Of a stretch of DNA of 64,000 nt, positions 30,393-40,437 are shown piece after piece (position 1 is the first letter of the stretch; each line of letters opens with the position of its first letter). Location of the stretch: NCBI GenBank assembly GCA_035948375.1, contig DASZJH010000092.1, forward strand, positions 4,557 to 68,556, written 5' to 3'. Source of the stretch: Chthoniobacterales bacterium. Lineage in GTDB: Bacteria; Verrucomicrobiota; Verrucomicrobiia; Chthoniobacterales; UBA10450. The notes under the pieces were generated by a model that was given only the letters and a program-made list of their open reading frames with translations, was not told the DNA's origin and searched no databases. The position numbers and the translations under genes are program-made.

Positions 30393-30611
30393 TCACTTCT
30401 GGCGGAAGGTGATCCGCCCCTTCGACAAATCGTAGGGAGATACCTCTAGCATAACTTTGTCGCCGGGCAAGATACGAATGAAATGGAGCCGCATTCTTCC
30501 CGAAATATGTGCCAAGACGCGGTGCTTGTTCGGCAGCTCGACCCGAAACATGGTGTTCGGAAGCAGCTCGACGACAGTGCCTTCTACTTCAATTGCGTCT
30601 TTCCGCGCCAT
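30393..30611 (-). CDS. infA: Translation initiation factor IF-1
   Basis: 72-aa ORF: [41 protein letters not shown]...[13 protein letters not shown]. Confidence 0.97.
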   Translation of the reverse strand: MARKDAIEVEGTVVELLPNTMFRVELPNKHRVLAHISGRMRLHFIRILPGDKVMLEVSPYDLSKGRITFRQK

Positions 30612-31360
30612 GTCAGAATTTCCGGCCCGTCTTTCGTGATCAGGACCGTGTGTTCAAAATGAGCCGATCGGGTGCCGTCAGCAGTGCGGACCGTCCAGCC
30701 GTCATCGAGAAGACGAACATCGGGTCCGCCAATGTTGATCATCGGCTCGATCGCGAGCGTCATTCCCGCTCTCAATTTTGGGCCGCTGCCGCGCCGACCA
30801 TAATTCGGGATTTGCGGTTCCTCGTGCAATTTGCGGCCAACGCCGTGACCAACAAACTCGCGCACAACCGAAAAATTATTGCGCGCAGCTTCCTCTTCGA
30901 TCACTGCACAAATATCGCCTAGGCGCCGGCCTTCATCGGCAACGTTGATCGCAAGCTCCAAAGCTTTTTCGGTGACGTGTAGCAATTGATCGGTGCGTTC
31001 ATCGACCACCCCGACCGGAACGGTTTGCGCCGTGTCCCCTACCCAACCATCCTGAATCACGCCGATGTCCAGCTTCACAATGTCGCCATACTGAACCCGA
31101 CGCTGGCTGCCGATTCCGTGAACGACCTCGTCGTTTAGCGAAATACAGATATTTCCCGGATAGACGCGATGACCAAGTCGATAACCGAGGAACGCGCTCT
31201 TCACCTTCGCTTCATTCATGAAATCGGCCGCTGCTTCATCCACTTCTTTCGTCGTGATTCCGGGCCGAATCAGCTCGCTCACGCGATCGAGAATTTCGCT
31301 CGCAGTCCGGCAGGACTGCCGCATCTTTTCGATTTCTTTGGCGCTCTTGATCGGAATCAT
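30584..31360 (-). CDS. map: Type I methionine aminopeptidase
   Basis: 258-aa ORF with MetAP pita-bread motifs ([31 protein letters not shown]). It overlaps infA by 28 nt. Confidence 0.95.
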   Translation of the reverse strand: MIPIKSAKEIEKMRQSCRTASEILDRVSELIRPGITTKEVDEAAADFMNEAKVKSAFLGYRLGHRVYPGNICISLNDEVVHGIGSQRRVQYGDIVKLDIGVIQDGWVGDTAQTVPVGVVDERTDQLLHVTEKALELAINVADEGRRLGDICAVIEEEAARNNFSVVREFVGHGVGRKLHEEPQIPNYGRRGSGPKLRAGMTLAIEPMINIGGPDVRLLDDGWTVRTADGTRSAHFEHTVLITKDGPEILTWRGKTQLK

Positions 31361-32016
31361 GCCGGCACTTTGTCTTCAATTAATCTCGATATATCGGCAA
31401 ACACCGTTTCGCGGTCGCGGTTTCCATCAATGCGCCGCAAAATCGACATTTTCCCGTAGTAATCCGCCAGTGGCTGCGTCTTCGTATTGTATTCGCGCAA
31501 GCGCTGTTGCAACACGCTCATGTCGTCATCCATTCTGCGCTCGAGCCGGCCTTCGCAATACGGACAGATCGGGCGATTGGCGAATTGCGCGCTGTCCACA
31601 CTGGTCGTGAAACCGCAGGTCCGGCATTGAAGACGTCCAGAAATTCGTGACCGGACAGTCTCTTCCGAAACTTCCAGCCAAATCGCGGCATCGAGCGATG
31701 TGCGCAAACTCTTTAGAATGGACGCCAAGCTCTCGGCCTGTGGAAGCGTTCGGGGAAAACCGTCGAACACAAAACCGTAGCCGCCGTGCAGATGCAGCCA
31801 GTCCTCGATCAGCTTCACGATAATTTTGTCCGGAACCAAATCGCCACGCTGCAAGGTCTCCGCCGTTTCCAATCCCAGTGGCGTGTCCAAATCTCTTTCC
31901 CGGCGCAAAATCGCTCCCGGCGAAGTTACCGGAATCCCGAAGTGGCGGGTGATCATTTCCGCCTGCGTTCCTTTGCCGGAACCAGGCGCGCCGAGTAAAA
32001 CGAGTCGCCGCTTCAC
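31357..32016 (-). CDS. adk: Adenylate kinase (Zn-lid type)
   Basis: GTG at 32016 (GTGA overlap with the secY stop) gives VKRRLVLLGAPGSGKGTQ (P-loop). The lid has four cysteines (CRTCG...CPYCEG). Confidence 0.93.
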   Translation of the reverse strand: MKRRLVLLGAPGSGKGTQAEMITRHFGIPVTSPGAILRRERDLDTPLGLETAETLQRGDLVPDKIIVKLIEDWLHLHGGYGFVFDGFPRTLPQAESLASILKSLRTSLDAAIWLEVSEETVRSRISGRLQCRTCGFTTSVDSAQFANRPICPYCEGRLERRMDDDMSVLQQRLREYNTKTQPLADYYGKMSILRRIDGNRDRETVFADISRLIEDKVPA

Positions 32017-33521
32017 TTCGACGCCAAAAACGCCGCCACTCCGCCGATCACGATGATGGCGATGCCGACATACAGCCACATCAGCGTGCGCTGCGCGGCC
32101 GCTTCGCCGCGAACATAAGCCGAGCGACCGGTAAATCCGCCTCGCACGCGACCTTTGCGCAGGAACCCGTCGTAATGCCGCTGGATCAAATGCGTCTCGA
32201 CCTGGCGCATTGTATCCAACATGACGCCTACGATAATGAGCAAACTCGTGCCGCCGAAAAATTGCGCCGTCACTTGCGGAACGTGCAGGCCCTGGCTTAA
32301 CAAACTCGGCAGCACCGCAATCAGCGTTAAGAAAACTGCGCCGGCAAAAGTCAGGCGCGTCATGGTGAAATCTAGAAAATCCGCCGTCGGCTTTCCCGGA
32401 CGCACTCCTGGAATGTAACCGCCGTACTTTTTGAGATCGTCCGCGATCTGCGCCGGTTGAAATTGGGTCGCGACCCAGAAATAGCTGAAGAAGAAAATCA
32501 TCGCCGCCAGGACCACGTAATGCAGCCAGCCGGTGGACAACATTTCCGAGATTTGGCGCGCCGTCGGACTATTCGGAAACGCCCAGCTCACGATTTGATT
32601 CGGGAAAAGCAACAGCGCCCATGCGAAAATGATCGGCATCACGCCTGGATAATTCACCTTCAGCGGCATGTATTGGGTGTTGCCGCCATATTGTTTTCGG
32701 CCGACCACGCGCTTGGCGTACTGAACTGTGATCTTTCGGACGGCTTGCGTAATCGAGATCACGCTCGCGATCACTATGAATAGAAACGCCACCATCAAGA
32801 CTAAAATCGCCGGATTTACCTGACTCGTGCCGGTTTGAGACGAGGGCACGAACGTCTTCCACGCCTGCGCCAGAGCCGCGGGCAATCGCGCGACGATACC
32901 GATAGTGATGATCAACGAAATACCGTTGCCGATTCCGCGCTCAGTAATTTGATCGCCGAGCCACATCAACATGAGCGTGCCGGTCGTCAGCGAGATCACC
33001 GTGACGACGCGAAACACCCATCCTGGGTCATCGACCAGCGGAATGCCGAGCCGCTGAATGGTCTCTGAAATTCCCGGCAATGCGACGCGATATGCTTCCG
33101 GATGTTGGAAGGAAATCGCGAGCAGGTAGCCTTGGAAAATGCAAAGACCGACGGTCATGAACCGCGTGTATTGCATGATCTTCTGCCGGCCGCCGTCTTC
33201 CCGCGCGAGTCTTCCCAATTGCGGAATCACCGCCGACAAGAGCTGCATCATGATCGACGCGCTGATGTACGGCATAATGCCGAGCGAGAAGATCGCGCAG
33301 TTTTCCAGCGCGCCGCCGCTGAACAAATTCAGCAGCGCGGCGAGATTGCCGCCCGACTTTTCGGTCAACGCACTGCGAAACCATTCCTGTAACACCGCCT
33401 GATTAACCCCCGGCGTCGTGATCGCGGCGCCGAGTCGCACAATGACAACGACAGCCAGCGTGAAAAGAATTCGGCGCCGTAGCTCCGGAATCTTGAGCGT
33501 GTTAACAAAGGCCGAGACCAT
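32013..33521 (-). CDS. secY: Preprotein translocase subunit SecY with a ~40-aa C-terminal extension
   Basis: 502-aa ORF, SecY-like throughout (...HYDGFLRKGRVRG is the usual end). It then continues GFTGRSAYVRGEAAAQRTLMWLYVGIAIIVIGGVAAFLASK. Confidence 0.96.
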   Translation of the reverse strand: MVSAFVNTLKIPELRRRILFTLAVVVIVRLGAAITTPGVNQAVLQEWFRSALTEKSGGNLAALLNLFSGGALENCAIFSLGIMPYISASIMMQLLSAVIPQLGRLAREDGGRQKIMQYTRFMTVGLCIFQGYLLAISFQHPEAYRVALPGISETIQRLGIPLVDDPGWVFRVVTVISLTTGTLMLMWLGDQITERGIGNGISLIITIGIVARLPAALAQAWKTFVPSSQTGTSQVNPAILVLMVAFLFIVIASVISITQAVRKITVQYAKRVVGRKQYGGNTQYMPLKVNYPGVMPIIFAWALLLFPNQIVSWAFPNSPTARQISEMLSTGWLHYVVLAAMIFFFSYFWVATQFQPAQIADDLKKYGGYIPGVRPGKPTADFLDFTMTRLTFAGAVFLTLIAVLPSLLSQGLHVPQVTAQFFGGTSLLIIVGVMLDTMRQVETHLIQRHYDGFLRKGRVRGGFTGRSAYVRGEAAAQRTLMWLYVGIAIIVIGGVAAFLASK

Positions 33522-33530
33522 TGCCGGAAC

Positions 33531-34103
33531 TTATTTCCGCGAAGATTTCTTCTTCGCTTTCGGCTGCGACTTCGCTGTCGATCTTTTCTTCGGCGTTTCT
33601 TCCTTCGCCGTTTGATCGACATCCTCTGTGGCCGCGGTTGGTTTTTCCGAAGCGCGGTCCCGCATCGTAACGCTTCCGCCCGCTCTCTCGATCTTTACCT
33701 TCGCAGATTCGCTGATTTTGTCGGCTTCGATCTTGAGCGCGTGTTTCAATTCGCCATCACCCAGAATCTTGATTCCCACGAACTCGCCGCGGACGAGCTT
33801 CGATTCGCGCAACAACTGTTCGTTCACGACGGTTCCAGCCTTGAAATCATTCAGATCGCTCAGATTCACGATCGCGTAATTCTTATGAAACGCCGCGTTG
33901 TTGAATCCGCGTTTTGGCAAACGCCGAATCAACGGCATTTGTCCACCTTCGAACCCAAGACGAATGCTGCCGCCCGAACGCGCCTTCTGACCTTTGTGAC
34001 CTTTGCCGCTCGTTTTTCCGTGACCGGAACTTTCACCGCACCCAAGTCGCTTGACGCGGTGGCGCGCACCGGGACGCGGTCTGAGATTATGTAGCCGCAT
34101 CAT
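33531..34103 (-). CDS. rplO: 50S ribosomal protein L15 with a basic C-terminal extension
   Basis: 190-aa ORF starting [45 protein letters not shown]. The tail beyond ~aa 145 is K/E/T/A-rich. Confidence 0.96.
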   Translation of the reverse strand: MMRLHNLRPRPGARHRVKRLGCGESSGHGKTSGKGHKGQKARSGGSIRLGFEGGQMPLIRRLPKRGFNNAAFHKNYAIVNLSDLNDFKAGTVVNEQLLRESKLVRGEFVGIKILGDGELKHALKIEADKISESAKVKIERAGGSVTMRDRASEKPTAATEDVDQTAKEETPKKRSTAKSQPKAKKKSSRK

Positions 34104-34657
34104 GATGGTACTGCCGCTGCCTTTCCGTCGCCGCTCTTGATTCCGCGCACTTTGAAAATCTCATCCTTCCGTCGCAACAATTTCAATGCCGCGATCGTAG
34201 CCTTCACCACGTTGGCGTGATTGCTCGAGCCTAGCGATTTTGCTAGAACGTCGCGAATCCCGGCCGCTTCGACGACCGCGCGCACGCCACCGCCGGCGAT
34301 GACGCCGGTTCCGGGCGATGCCGGTCGCAACAACACGCGGCCACCGCCAAATTCGCCGACCACTTCGTGCGGAATCGTGTTCTCGTAGAGCGAAACTTTT
34401 TCCATCGACTTCTTCGCCGACTCGGACGCTTTGCGGATCGCTTCCGAAACTTCGTTCGCTTTTCCGAATCCCACGCCGACCGAGCCATCGTGATCGCCGG
34501 CCACAATAAGCGCGCTGAAACTAAAGCGGCGTCCGCCTTTCACAACCTTGGCGCAACGATTGATGAACACGACTTTCTCGGTCGTATCGCCTCTTTGCGC
34601 CGGCGTTCTGTCCTGATTGCGTGAATCTTGTCGTCCGCGTTGTCCTGGTGCTGCCAT
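34100..34657 (-). CDS. rpsE: 30S ribosomal protein S5
   Basis: 185-aa ORF with the S5 core ([42 protein letters not shown]). Confidence 0.97.
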   Translation of the reverse strand: MAAPGQRGRQDSRNQDRTPAQRGDTTEKVVFINRCAKVVKGGRRFSFSALIVAGDHDGSVGVGFGKANEVSEAIRKASESAKKSMEKVSLYENTIPHEVVGEFGGGRVLLRPASPGTGVIAGGGVRAVVEAAGIRDVLAKSLGSSNHANVVKATIAALKLLRRKDEIFKVRGIKSGDGKAAAVPS

Positions 34658-34661
34658 GAAA

Positions 34662-35024
34662 TTAAAACTTTAGTCCCCCTTCGCGCGCCGCGTCGGCGAG
34701 CGCTTTCACTTTGCCTTGATATTGAAAGCCGCCGCGATCGAACACGACGTTTTCTATTTTCTTGCCGCGCGCCCGTTCCGCAATCGTCTTGCCGACAACT
34801 TCCGCGCTGGCGCGATTAGCGCCGGGCTTGCTTTTTCCAAGCACACTTTTCTCCGCAGTCGAAGCCGCAATTATCGTTTTGCCCGCGTCATCGTCGATGA
34901 CTTGAGCATAAACGTGCTTGCCTGAAAAATAGATCGCCAATCGCGGGCGCGCGGCCGTCCCCGAAACTTTTTTCCGGATTCGCTGATGCAATCGCTCCCG
35001 AGCTGCTTTTCGATTGAACGCCAT
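34662..35024 (-). CDS. rplR: 50S ribosomal protein L18
   Basis: 120-aa ORF: ...[31 protein letters not shown]...[26 protein letters not shown]. Confidence 0.97.
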   Translation of the reverse strand: MAFNRKAARERLHQRIRKKVSGTAARPRLAIYFSGKHVYAQVIDDDAGKTIIAASTAEKSVLGKSKPGANRASAEVVGKTIAERARGKKIENVVFDRGGFQYQGKVKALADAAREGGLKF

Positions 35025-35027
35025 AAA

Positions 35028-35567
35028 TTACTGGACCGTCTTGCCCTCCTTGCGACGGATTTGTTCGCCGGCGTAACGAACACCCTTTCCCTTGTACGGC
35101 TCTGGCGGGTAATAACGGCGAATGTCGGCCGCGACCTGGCCAACGACTTTTTTGTCCGGCCCCTGAATCGAGATCTTTGTGTTGTCGGTCACGGTGATCT
35201 TGATGTCCTTTGGAATCGGAAAGAGAATTGGGTGGGAAAATCCGAGACTGAGATTGACGTTCTGTCCCTGGACTGCGGCTTTGAAACCGACGCCCTCGAT
35301 CTCGAGATTTTTGGTGAAGCCTTCACTCACGCCCACAACCATGTTGTGAACGAGTGCGCGGGAAAGTCCGTGCAACGCTTTCACGCTGCGCGTCTCCGCG
35401 CCGCGCGCGAGCGAGACATGATTGTCTTTCACGCTCGCTTTGATTTGGCGCGGTAATTTCCAGCTCAGCTTGCCTTTTGGCCCTTCCACCGAGACTCCGC
35501 CGTCATTGTCGATGTTAACTTTGACTTTGTCTGGAATGTCGACCGGTTTATTTCCAATTCGCGACAT
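35028..35567 (-). CDS. rplF: 50S ribosomal protein L6
   Basis: The internal ATG at 35567 gives the canonical MSRIGNKPVDIPDKVKV. The longer track ORF (to 35759) overlaps rpsH and is not L6-like. Confidence 0.96.
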   Translation of the reverse strand: MSRIGNKPVDIPDKVKVNIDNDGGVSVEGPKGKLSWKLPRQIKASVKDNHVSLARGAETRSVKALHGLSRALVHNMVVGVSEGFTKNLEIEGVGFKAAVQGQNVNLSLGFSHPILFPIPKDIKITVTDNTKISIQGPDKKVVGQVAADIRRYYPPEPYKGKGVRYAGEQIRRKEGKTVQ

Positions 35568-35572
35568 AAAAA

Positions 35573-35971
35573 TTACCAAACGTAGGCCAGCAATTCGCCG
35601 CCCACTTTTTGTTTCTTCGCTTCCCGGCCTGACATCAAGCCGCGCGAGGTCGACAAAATCGCCGTCCCCATTCCACCAAGCACGCGCGGAATCTCGTCCG
35701 CACCGACATAACGGCGTAAACCAGGACGGCTCACCCGTTTCAAGCCAGTGATCGCGCAAGTGTGATCAACGAGTTTGTTCGTAATCTTGATCCGCGGATG
35801 CGCCGCCTTGGTGTCCACTTCGTAATCGGCGATGTAGCCCTCGTTCTTAAAAATGCGCACCACTTCGGCTTTGAGTTTCGAATACGGCACAAAGACTTCC
35901 ATCTTCTGCGCGCGCGCACCGTTGCGCATGCGAGCAAGCAAATCTGCAATTGGATCAGTAACAGTACTCAT
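35573..35971 (-). CDS. rpsH: 30S ribosomal protein S8
   Basis: 132-aa ORF: [23 protein letters not shown]...GGELLAYVW. Confidence 0.97.
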   Translation of the reverse strand: MSTVTDPIADLLARMRNGARAQKMEVFVPYSKLKAEVVRIFKNEGYIADYEVDTKAAHPRIKITNKLVDHTCAITGLKRVSRPGLRRYVGADEIPRVLGGMGTAILSTSRGLMSGREAKKQKVGGELLAYVW

Positions 35972-36579
35972 GAAATTGAGGCGGCTTCAGCGGGTCCGCC
36001 ATTGGACGGAGCCGCCGCGGCGGGCTTTTTCGCGCGATCGGCAAAAGGCATTCCCAGCTCGCTCAAAAGCGACTTGGCCTCTTCATCCGTTTGCGCGGTG
36101 GTCACGATTGTAACATCAAAACCGATGTTGCGCTTAATTTTGTCCATCTCGATCTCGGGGAAAATTGTCTGGTCTGGAACGCCGAGCGTGTAATTGCCGT
36201 GTCCGTCAAAAGAACGCGGCGACACTCCGCGAAAATCGCGGATTCGCGGCAGCGCTGCTTTGATTAAGCGCTCGAGAAATTCGTACATCCGATCGCCGCG
36301 CAACGTCACTTTCGCGCCGATGATTTGATCTTTGCGCAATTTGAAATTAGCGATGCTCTTTTTCGCGCGCGTTTCGGCCGCTTGCTGACCGGTGATCAGG
36401 GCGAGCTCCGCTTTCGCTTCCTCCATCGCTTGCTTCAAGTCCGCCTGCGATCCGACTGAAGTATTGACCACAACTTTCACGACACGCGGAATCTGATGCA
36501 CGTTCTTGTACTTGTGCCGTTCGCGGAGCTTCGGCACCACGCGATCTTTGTAATGACGATAAAATTCGTTGTCCATCAC
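35968..36579 (-). CDS. rplE: 50S ribosomal protein L5 (with a ~22-aa A/P-rich tail)
   Basis: 203-aa ORF with the L5 core ([11 protein letters not shown]...[28 protein letters not shown]...) and tail [23 protein letters not shown]. It overlaps rpsH by 4 nt. Confidence 0.96.
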   Translation of the reverse strand: MMDNEFYRHYKDRVVPKLRERHKYKNVHQIPRVVKVVVNTSVGSQADLKQAMEEAKAELALITGQQAAETRAKKSIANFKLRKDQIIGAKVTLRGDRMYEFLERLIKAALPRIRDFRGVSPRSFDGHGNYTLGVPDQTIFPEIEMDKIKRNIGFDVTIVTTAQTDEEAKSLLSELGMPFADRAKKPAAAAPSNGGPAEAASIS

Positions 36580-36872
36580 GCCGCTTTCTCCTCAGGCTCT
36601 GTCTTCGTCTTCGACTTGGTTTTCTTGTCCGCCTTCTTCTCGATCAATTTCACATTCGAGATGTGGATCGGACCTTCGCGTTCGGCGATCTTACCCTGCG
36701 GATTATCCTGCGACTTGCGCAGATGTTTCTTAATAATACGCACACCTTCGATCAACACCCGGTGTTTGCCTGGAATCACTTCCAGAATTTTACCTGAGGA
36801 GCCTTTGAAGTTTCCGCAAATCACTTCGACCTCGTCGCCTTTCTTGACGTGAAACTTTGGCCGGTTGTTCAT
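36576..36872 (-). CDS. rplX: 50S ribosomal protein L24
   Basis: 98-aa ORF with a KOW motif ([24 protein letters not shown]) and a basic tail. Confidence 0.95.
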   Translation of the reverse strand: MNNRPKFHVKKGDEVEVICGNFKGSSGKILEVIPGKHRVLIEGVRIIKKHLRKSQDNPQGKIAEREGPIHISNVKLIEKKADKKTKSKTKTEPEEKAA

Positions 36873-37234
36873 AGCACCTCCGGAGCGAGCGAAACGATCT
36901 TCATGAAATTGCGTTCGCGTAGTTCGCGCGCCACCGGGCCGAAAATGCGCGTGCCACGCGGATTCAAATCTTTGTCGATGATCACGATCGCGTTGTTGTC
37001 GAAGCGGAGGAACGAACCGTCATCGCGACGAATCGGTTGCCGTGTGCGAACTAACACCGCTCGCACAACCTCGCCTTTTTTAACAGCGCCGGTTGCGCTC
37101 GCTTCTTTCACGTTCGCCGTGATCACATCTCCGATCCGGGCATAGAGTGTCGCCTTACCGATCACGCCGATCATCGTCGCCATCCGCGCGCCGGTATTGT
37201 CCGCCACCTCAAGTCTGGATCGAATCTGCACCAT
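36869..37234 (-). CDS. rplN: 50S ribosomal protein L14
   Basis: The internal ATG at 37234 gives [17 protein letters not shown], the canonical L14 start. Confidence 0.96.
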   Translation of the reverse strand: MVQIRSRLEVADNTGARMATMIGVIGKATLYARIGDVITANVKEASATGAVKKGEVVRAVLVRTRQPIRRDDGSFLRFDNNAIVIIDKDLNPRGTRIFGPVARELRERNFMKIVSLAPEVL

Positions 37235-37239
37235 AGAAA

Positions 37240-37551
37240 CTATTTCTGGAGGACCTCCACCAATCGCCACCGTTTCAGTTTGCTCAATGGCCGCGCCTCC
37301 ATGATTCGCACTCTGTCGCCGATCTTTGCCTTGTTCTCCTCATCATGCGCGTAGAAACGGCGGATCTGTTTCACGATCTTGCCGAACTTCGGGTGCGGCA
37401 CGCGCGTCGTGGTTTGAACAACGATCGTCTTATTCATCCGATCGGAAATCACTTCGCCGACCCGCGTTTTGCGCGCGGCGCGAGTGTATCTCGCGGGGAG
37501 CGGTGGCGGTGTCGCTGCTGGTTGCTGAGGTTGTGTCCCTGCTTCGGCCAT
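37240..37551 (-). CDS. rpsQ: 30S ribosomal protein S17 (with a ~25-aa P/Q/A-rich N-terminal extension)
   Basis: 103-aa ORF with the S17 core [45 protein letters not shown]. Confidence 0.95.
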   Translation of the reverse strand: MAEAGTQPQQPAATPPPLPARYTRAARKTRVGEVISDRMNKTIVVQTTTRVPHPKFGKIVKQIRRFYAHDEENKAKIGDRVRIMEARPLSKLKRWRLVEVLQK

Positions 37552-37554
37552 AAA

Positions 37555-37791
37555 TTATTTTTTCTTCTTCGCTTTCGGCTCTTCGGCCGGAACGGTCTTC
37601 GGCTGGTTTGCCCGATGAGTGAGGATCGTTTCGATACGCGCCACATCACGTTGGATCAAACGCAAACGGCTTGGCTGCTCGAGCTGGCCGCTCTGCTGTT
37701 GCAACCGCAAATGTAAACGCTCCTGGCGAAGATCGCGTCGCTTCGTCAGTAACTCATCCGTGCTCATCTCCACAATTTCTTTGATCTTCAT
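37555..37791 (-). CDS. rpmC: 50S ribosomal protein L29
   Basis: 78-aa ORF: MKIKEIVEMSTDELLTKRRDLRQERLHLRLQQQSGQLEQPSRLRLIQRDVARIETIL, plus a basic tail. Confidence 0.93.
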   Translation of the reverse strand: MKIKEIVEMSTDELLTKRRDLRQERLHLRLQQQSGQLEQPSRLRLIQRDVARIETILTHRANQPKTVPAEEPKAKKKK

Positions 37792-37796
37792 GTTCG

Positions 37797-38222
37797 TTAG
37801 GCCGCAGCTACGTGATGCCGGCTGACAAATTTTGTCCGCACGGGCAACTTGTCCGCTGCGAGTCGCAACGATTCGCGCGCGACTGATTCAGTCAGACCAT
37901 CCAACTCAAACAAAATGTTTCCGGGTTTCACCGTCGCGACCCAAAACTCCGGCTGGCCTTTTCCTTTTCCCATTCGTGTTTCCGGCGGACGCGCGGTAAC
38001 CGACTTGTCCGGGAAAATCCGGATCCAAAGTTTGCCTTTGCGCTTCATGTTGCGAGTCAACGCCACGCGTGCCGCTTCAATTTGCGTGTTTGTAATCCAC
38101 GCGCGCTCGAGCGTTTGCAGTCCGAACTCGCCGAAGTTGATGCGAAGATTGCGCGTAGCGGTTCCCTTGCGGCTTCCCCGCTGGGACTTCCGATACTTCA
38201 CTCGTTTTGGCATCAACGGCAT
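37797..38222 (-). CDS. rplP: 50S ribosomal protein L16
   Basis: 141-aa ORF: [20 protein letters not shown]... Confidence 0.97.
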   Translation of the reverse strand: MPLMPKRVKYRKSQRGSRKGTATRNLRINFGEFGLQTLERAWITNTQIEAARVALTRNMKRKGKLWIRIFPDKSVTARPPETRMGKGKGQPEFWVATVKPGNILFELDGLTESVARESLRLAADKLPVRTKFVSRHHVAAA

Positions 38223-38231
38223 AAAAATCTC

Positions 38232-38930
38232 CTAGGCTTCGACCGGTTCAGTTGGCGGTGGCGGAGGAGGCGGGAGCGTGGAGGCGGCCTGCTGCTCACT
38301 CACTTCTTCTTGCTTCTTACAGATCCAGCATTTCACGCCGATCTTTCCGTAAACCGTGTTCGCTTCGGCAAAGCCGTAATCGATTCCGGTTCGCAACGTG
38401 TGCAGCGGCACTTTCCCTTCGCGGTACCATTCCGAGCGGGAAATCTCCGCGCCGTTCAATCGACCCGAGCAGCGCAAACGAATTCCTTCTGCGCCAAAAT
38501 CCATTGCGACCTGCACCGCTTTTTTCATCGCTCGGCGATAAGCAATTCGGCGTTCGATCTGCAGAGCGACGTTTTCAGCGACTAATTGCGCGTCGAGCTC
38601 AGGCGTCTTGATCTCTTGGATATCGATCTTGATTTGTTTGCCCTGCGCCATTTTGGAAATCTCTTCCGTCATCTTCTCGATCTCGGCGCCTTTGCGTCCA
38701 ATCACGATGCCAGGACGCGCCGTATGAATCGTTACGCGAATCGAGTTCCAGGCGCGCTCGATCACAATCTTCGCGACCGCTGCGAACTGAAGTTTTTTCT
38801 TCACGTAAGCGCGAATCTCCAGATCGCTGTGCAGAAACGCGGGGAGCTCCTGCGGCGACGCGTACCAGCGCGACCGCCAGTCCCGATTCACTCCAAGTCT
38901 AAATCCAATCGGATTAACTTTTTGTCCCAT
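38232..38930 (-). CDS. rpsC: 30S ribosomal protein S3
   Basis: 232-aa ORF starting [24 protein letters not shown], with a KH domain and a poly-Pro C-terminal tail. Confidence 0.97.
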   Translation of the reverse strand: MGQKVNPIGFRLGVNRDWRSRWYASPQELPAFLHSDLEIRAYVKKKLQFAAVAKIVIERAWNSIRVTIHTARPGIVIGRKGAEIEKMTEEISKMAQGKQIKIDIQEIKTPELDAQLVAENVALQIERRIAYRRAMKKAVQVAMDFGAEGIRLRCSGRLNGAEISRSEWYREGKVPLHTLRTGIDYGFAEANTVYGKIGVKCWICKKQEEVSEQQAASTLPPPPPPPTEPVEA

Positions 38931-38935
38931 AAAAA

Positions 38936-39370
38936 TTATTTCTTCGCCGCAGCTTTCGCGGTCTTCTTCGGCTTCTTCTCTTTTTTCTCAGCCGCACTTG
39001 CCGACTTCTCTTCCATCTTTTGCTCGGCCTTCTCCGGCTTCTCGTCTGTCAAAACGATCCGAATGTGACTCGTGCGTTTCAAAATCTGCGCTCCACTTCC
39101 CCGCGCGCGGGTCTTCATTCGTTTAATAGTCGGACCTTCGCCGACGACCGCTTCTTTCACGACCAAACCATCGGGCTTCAAATTCGCGTTGTTCTCCGCG
39201 TTCGCGATCGCGCTCTTGAGCGTTTGATTGATCAAGAGCGCAGCCTTCTTCGGCGTGAAAGCTAGAATATCCAGCGCTGCCGAGACGGGCAGACCCTGGA
39301 TCTCTCGCGTGACTTCGCGCGCCTTGAACGGCGAAATCCGCGCGTACCTGTGTATCGATCTAATTTCCAT
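38936..39370 (-). CDS. rplV: 50S ribosomal protein L22 (with a K/E/A-rich C-terminal extension)
   Basis: 144-aa ORF: [36 protein letters not shown]...[11 protein letters not shown], then a basic tail. Confidence 0.96.
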   Translation of the reverse strand: MEIRSIHRYARISPFKAREVTREIQGLPVSAALDILAFTPKKAALLINQTLKSAIANAENNANLKPDGLVVKEAVVGEGPTIKRMKTRARGSGAQILKRTSHIRIVLTDEKPEKAEQKMEEKSASAAEKKEKKPKKTAKAAAKK

Positions 39371-40153
39371 TTATTTTAAACTCACTTTCGAGGCATCGAC
39401 CTGGAGCCGATCCCCCACTTTAATTTTTTCCTTTCCAGAATCCTCAATCACCGCGCCGCAAATCCGCTGGCGCACATCCACCACGCGCAACGTCGCAATT
39501 TTTTGTTCACCGCGCATCACTCGCAGCGGCATTCCAATTTTCACCCCTTGCTGCTCGCCGATGTTCGCCACGACAAACGACCACTCGTCCTTCACGCTGA
39601 GCACGCTCGCGTCCATCAAACTAGCTTGCGGCTCCTTTAAGTCCGTAGATGTCGATCTTCCCACCAGCTCGTTCGTCTTTCGCAATTGCGTTTCTACATC
39701 CGCTCGCCCTTGCGCGTCGCCGCCTTGCGAAGTTTTCAAATATCGCAGAAGCGCTTCGTTTAGGCCCAGCAATTGATCACGCAACTCATCGCGTTTTTTC
39801 TGCGCAAGGCGCAGATCGCTTACTGCAGCGAGCAAACGTTGCTCGAGCTTCGCCCGATCTTTGCTCGCTGACGCGAGCCCCAGCGCTTCCATTCGCGCTT
39901 CCAACTCCGCGAACTTGCGCCGGAACACTTCGGCTTCCGCGTTCGACTCCGCCAGGCTCGCCGTCAAAGTCTTGAGCGACTCCTTTGCCGTCGCCAATTG
40001 CCCGCGCAATTCTTCATTCTGCGTCAGCAGCGCTTCCGCGGTGACTTTCGTCTCCGCGCTTTCAATCTTGGATTCTGTCAAAGAACTATTTCCCTGCGCC
40101 TGCGCGACCGAAGCCGCGACGGCGCACCCGCAAACTACCAAAAAAATTCTCAA
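39371..40153 (-). CDS. Non-ribosomal ORF inside the S10 operon: signal peptide, long coiled coil and a small beta-rich C-terminal domain
   Basis: 260-aa ORF. The TTG start (40153-40151) directly abuts the rpsS stop TAG (40156-40154). The stop TAA (39373-39371) directly abuts the rplV ATG (39370-39368). The N-terminus MRIFLVVCGCAVAASVAQAQG is a signal peptide, followed by A/E/L/K/Q heptad-rich sequence. Confidence 0.75.
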   Translation of the reverse strand: MRIFLVVCGCAVAASVAQAQGNSSLTESKIESAETKVTAEALLTQNEELRGQLATAKESLKTLTASLAESNAEAEVFRRKFAELEARMEALGLASASKDRAKLEQRLLAAVSDLRLAQKKRDELRDQLLGLNEALLRYLKTSQGGDAQGRADVETQLRKTNELVGRSTSTDLKEPQASLMDASVLSVKDEWSFVVANIGEQQGVKIGMPLRVMRGEQKIATLRVVDVRQRICGAVIEDSGKEKIKVGDRLQVDASKVSLK

Positions 40154-40432
40154 CTACTTCGTGACCTTCGCCGTGTGCGAACCGTGTTTCTTAAAGATCC
40201 GCGTGGCCGAAAACTCGCCGAGCTTATGCCCGACCATGTTCTCGGTGATAAAAACGGAATTGAACGTCTTTCCGTTGTGCACCAGGAACGTGTGGCCGAC
40301 AAAATCCGGCGTCACCATCGAGCGGCGCGACCAGGTCTTGATCGCCTTTTTTGAGCCCGAGGCGTTCATCTTGTCGATCTTCTCGAGAAGATGCGATTCG
40401 ACGAAGGGTCCTTTCTTTAGTGATCTTCCCAT
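40154..40432 (-). CDS. rpsS: 30S ribosomal protein S19
   Basis: The internal ATG at 40432 gives [19 protein letters not shown], the canonical S19 start. The longer track ORF overlaps rplB. Confidence 0.96.
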   Translation of the reverse strand: MGRSLKKGPFVESHLLEKIDKMNASGSKKAIKTWSRRSMVTPDFVGHTFLVHNGKTFNSVFITENMVGHKLGEFSATRIFKKHGSHTAKVTK

Positions 40433-40437
40433 AAAAA

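Noticed and set aside
30584-30611. 28-nt overlap between map and infA as a possible frameshift or recoding site
   Set aside because: Both proteins are full length with canonical ends (MetAP ...[16 protein letters not shown] plus a short tail; IF-1 starts [11 protein letters not shown]). There is no slippery sequence, so this is a simple overlap.
35968-36036. L5 C-terminal tail as a possible remnant of the missing S14 gene
   Set aside because: The tail [23 protein letters not shown] has no S14 motifs. It matches the A/P/K-rich tails seen on many other r-proteins here.
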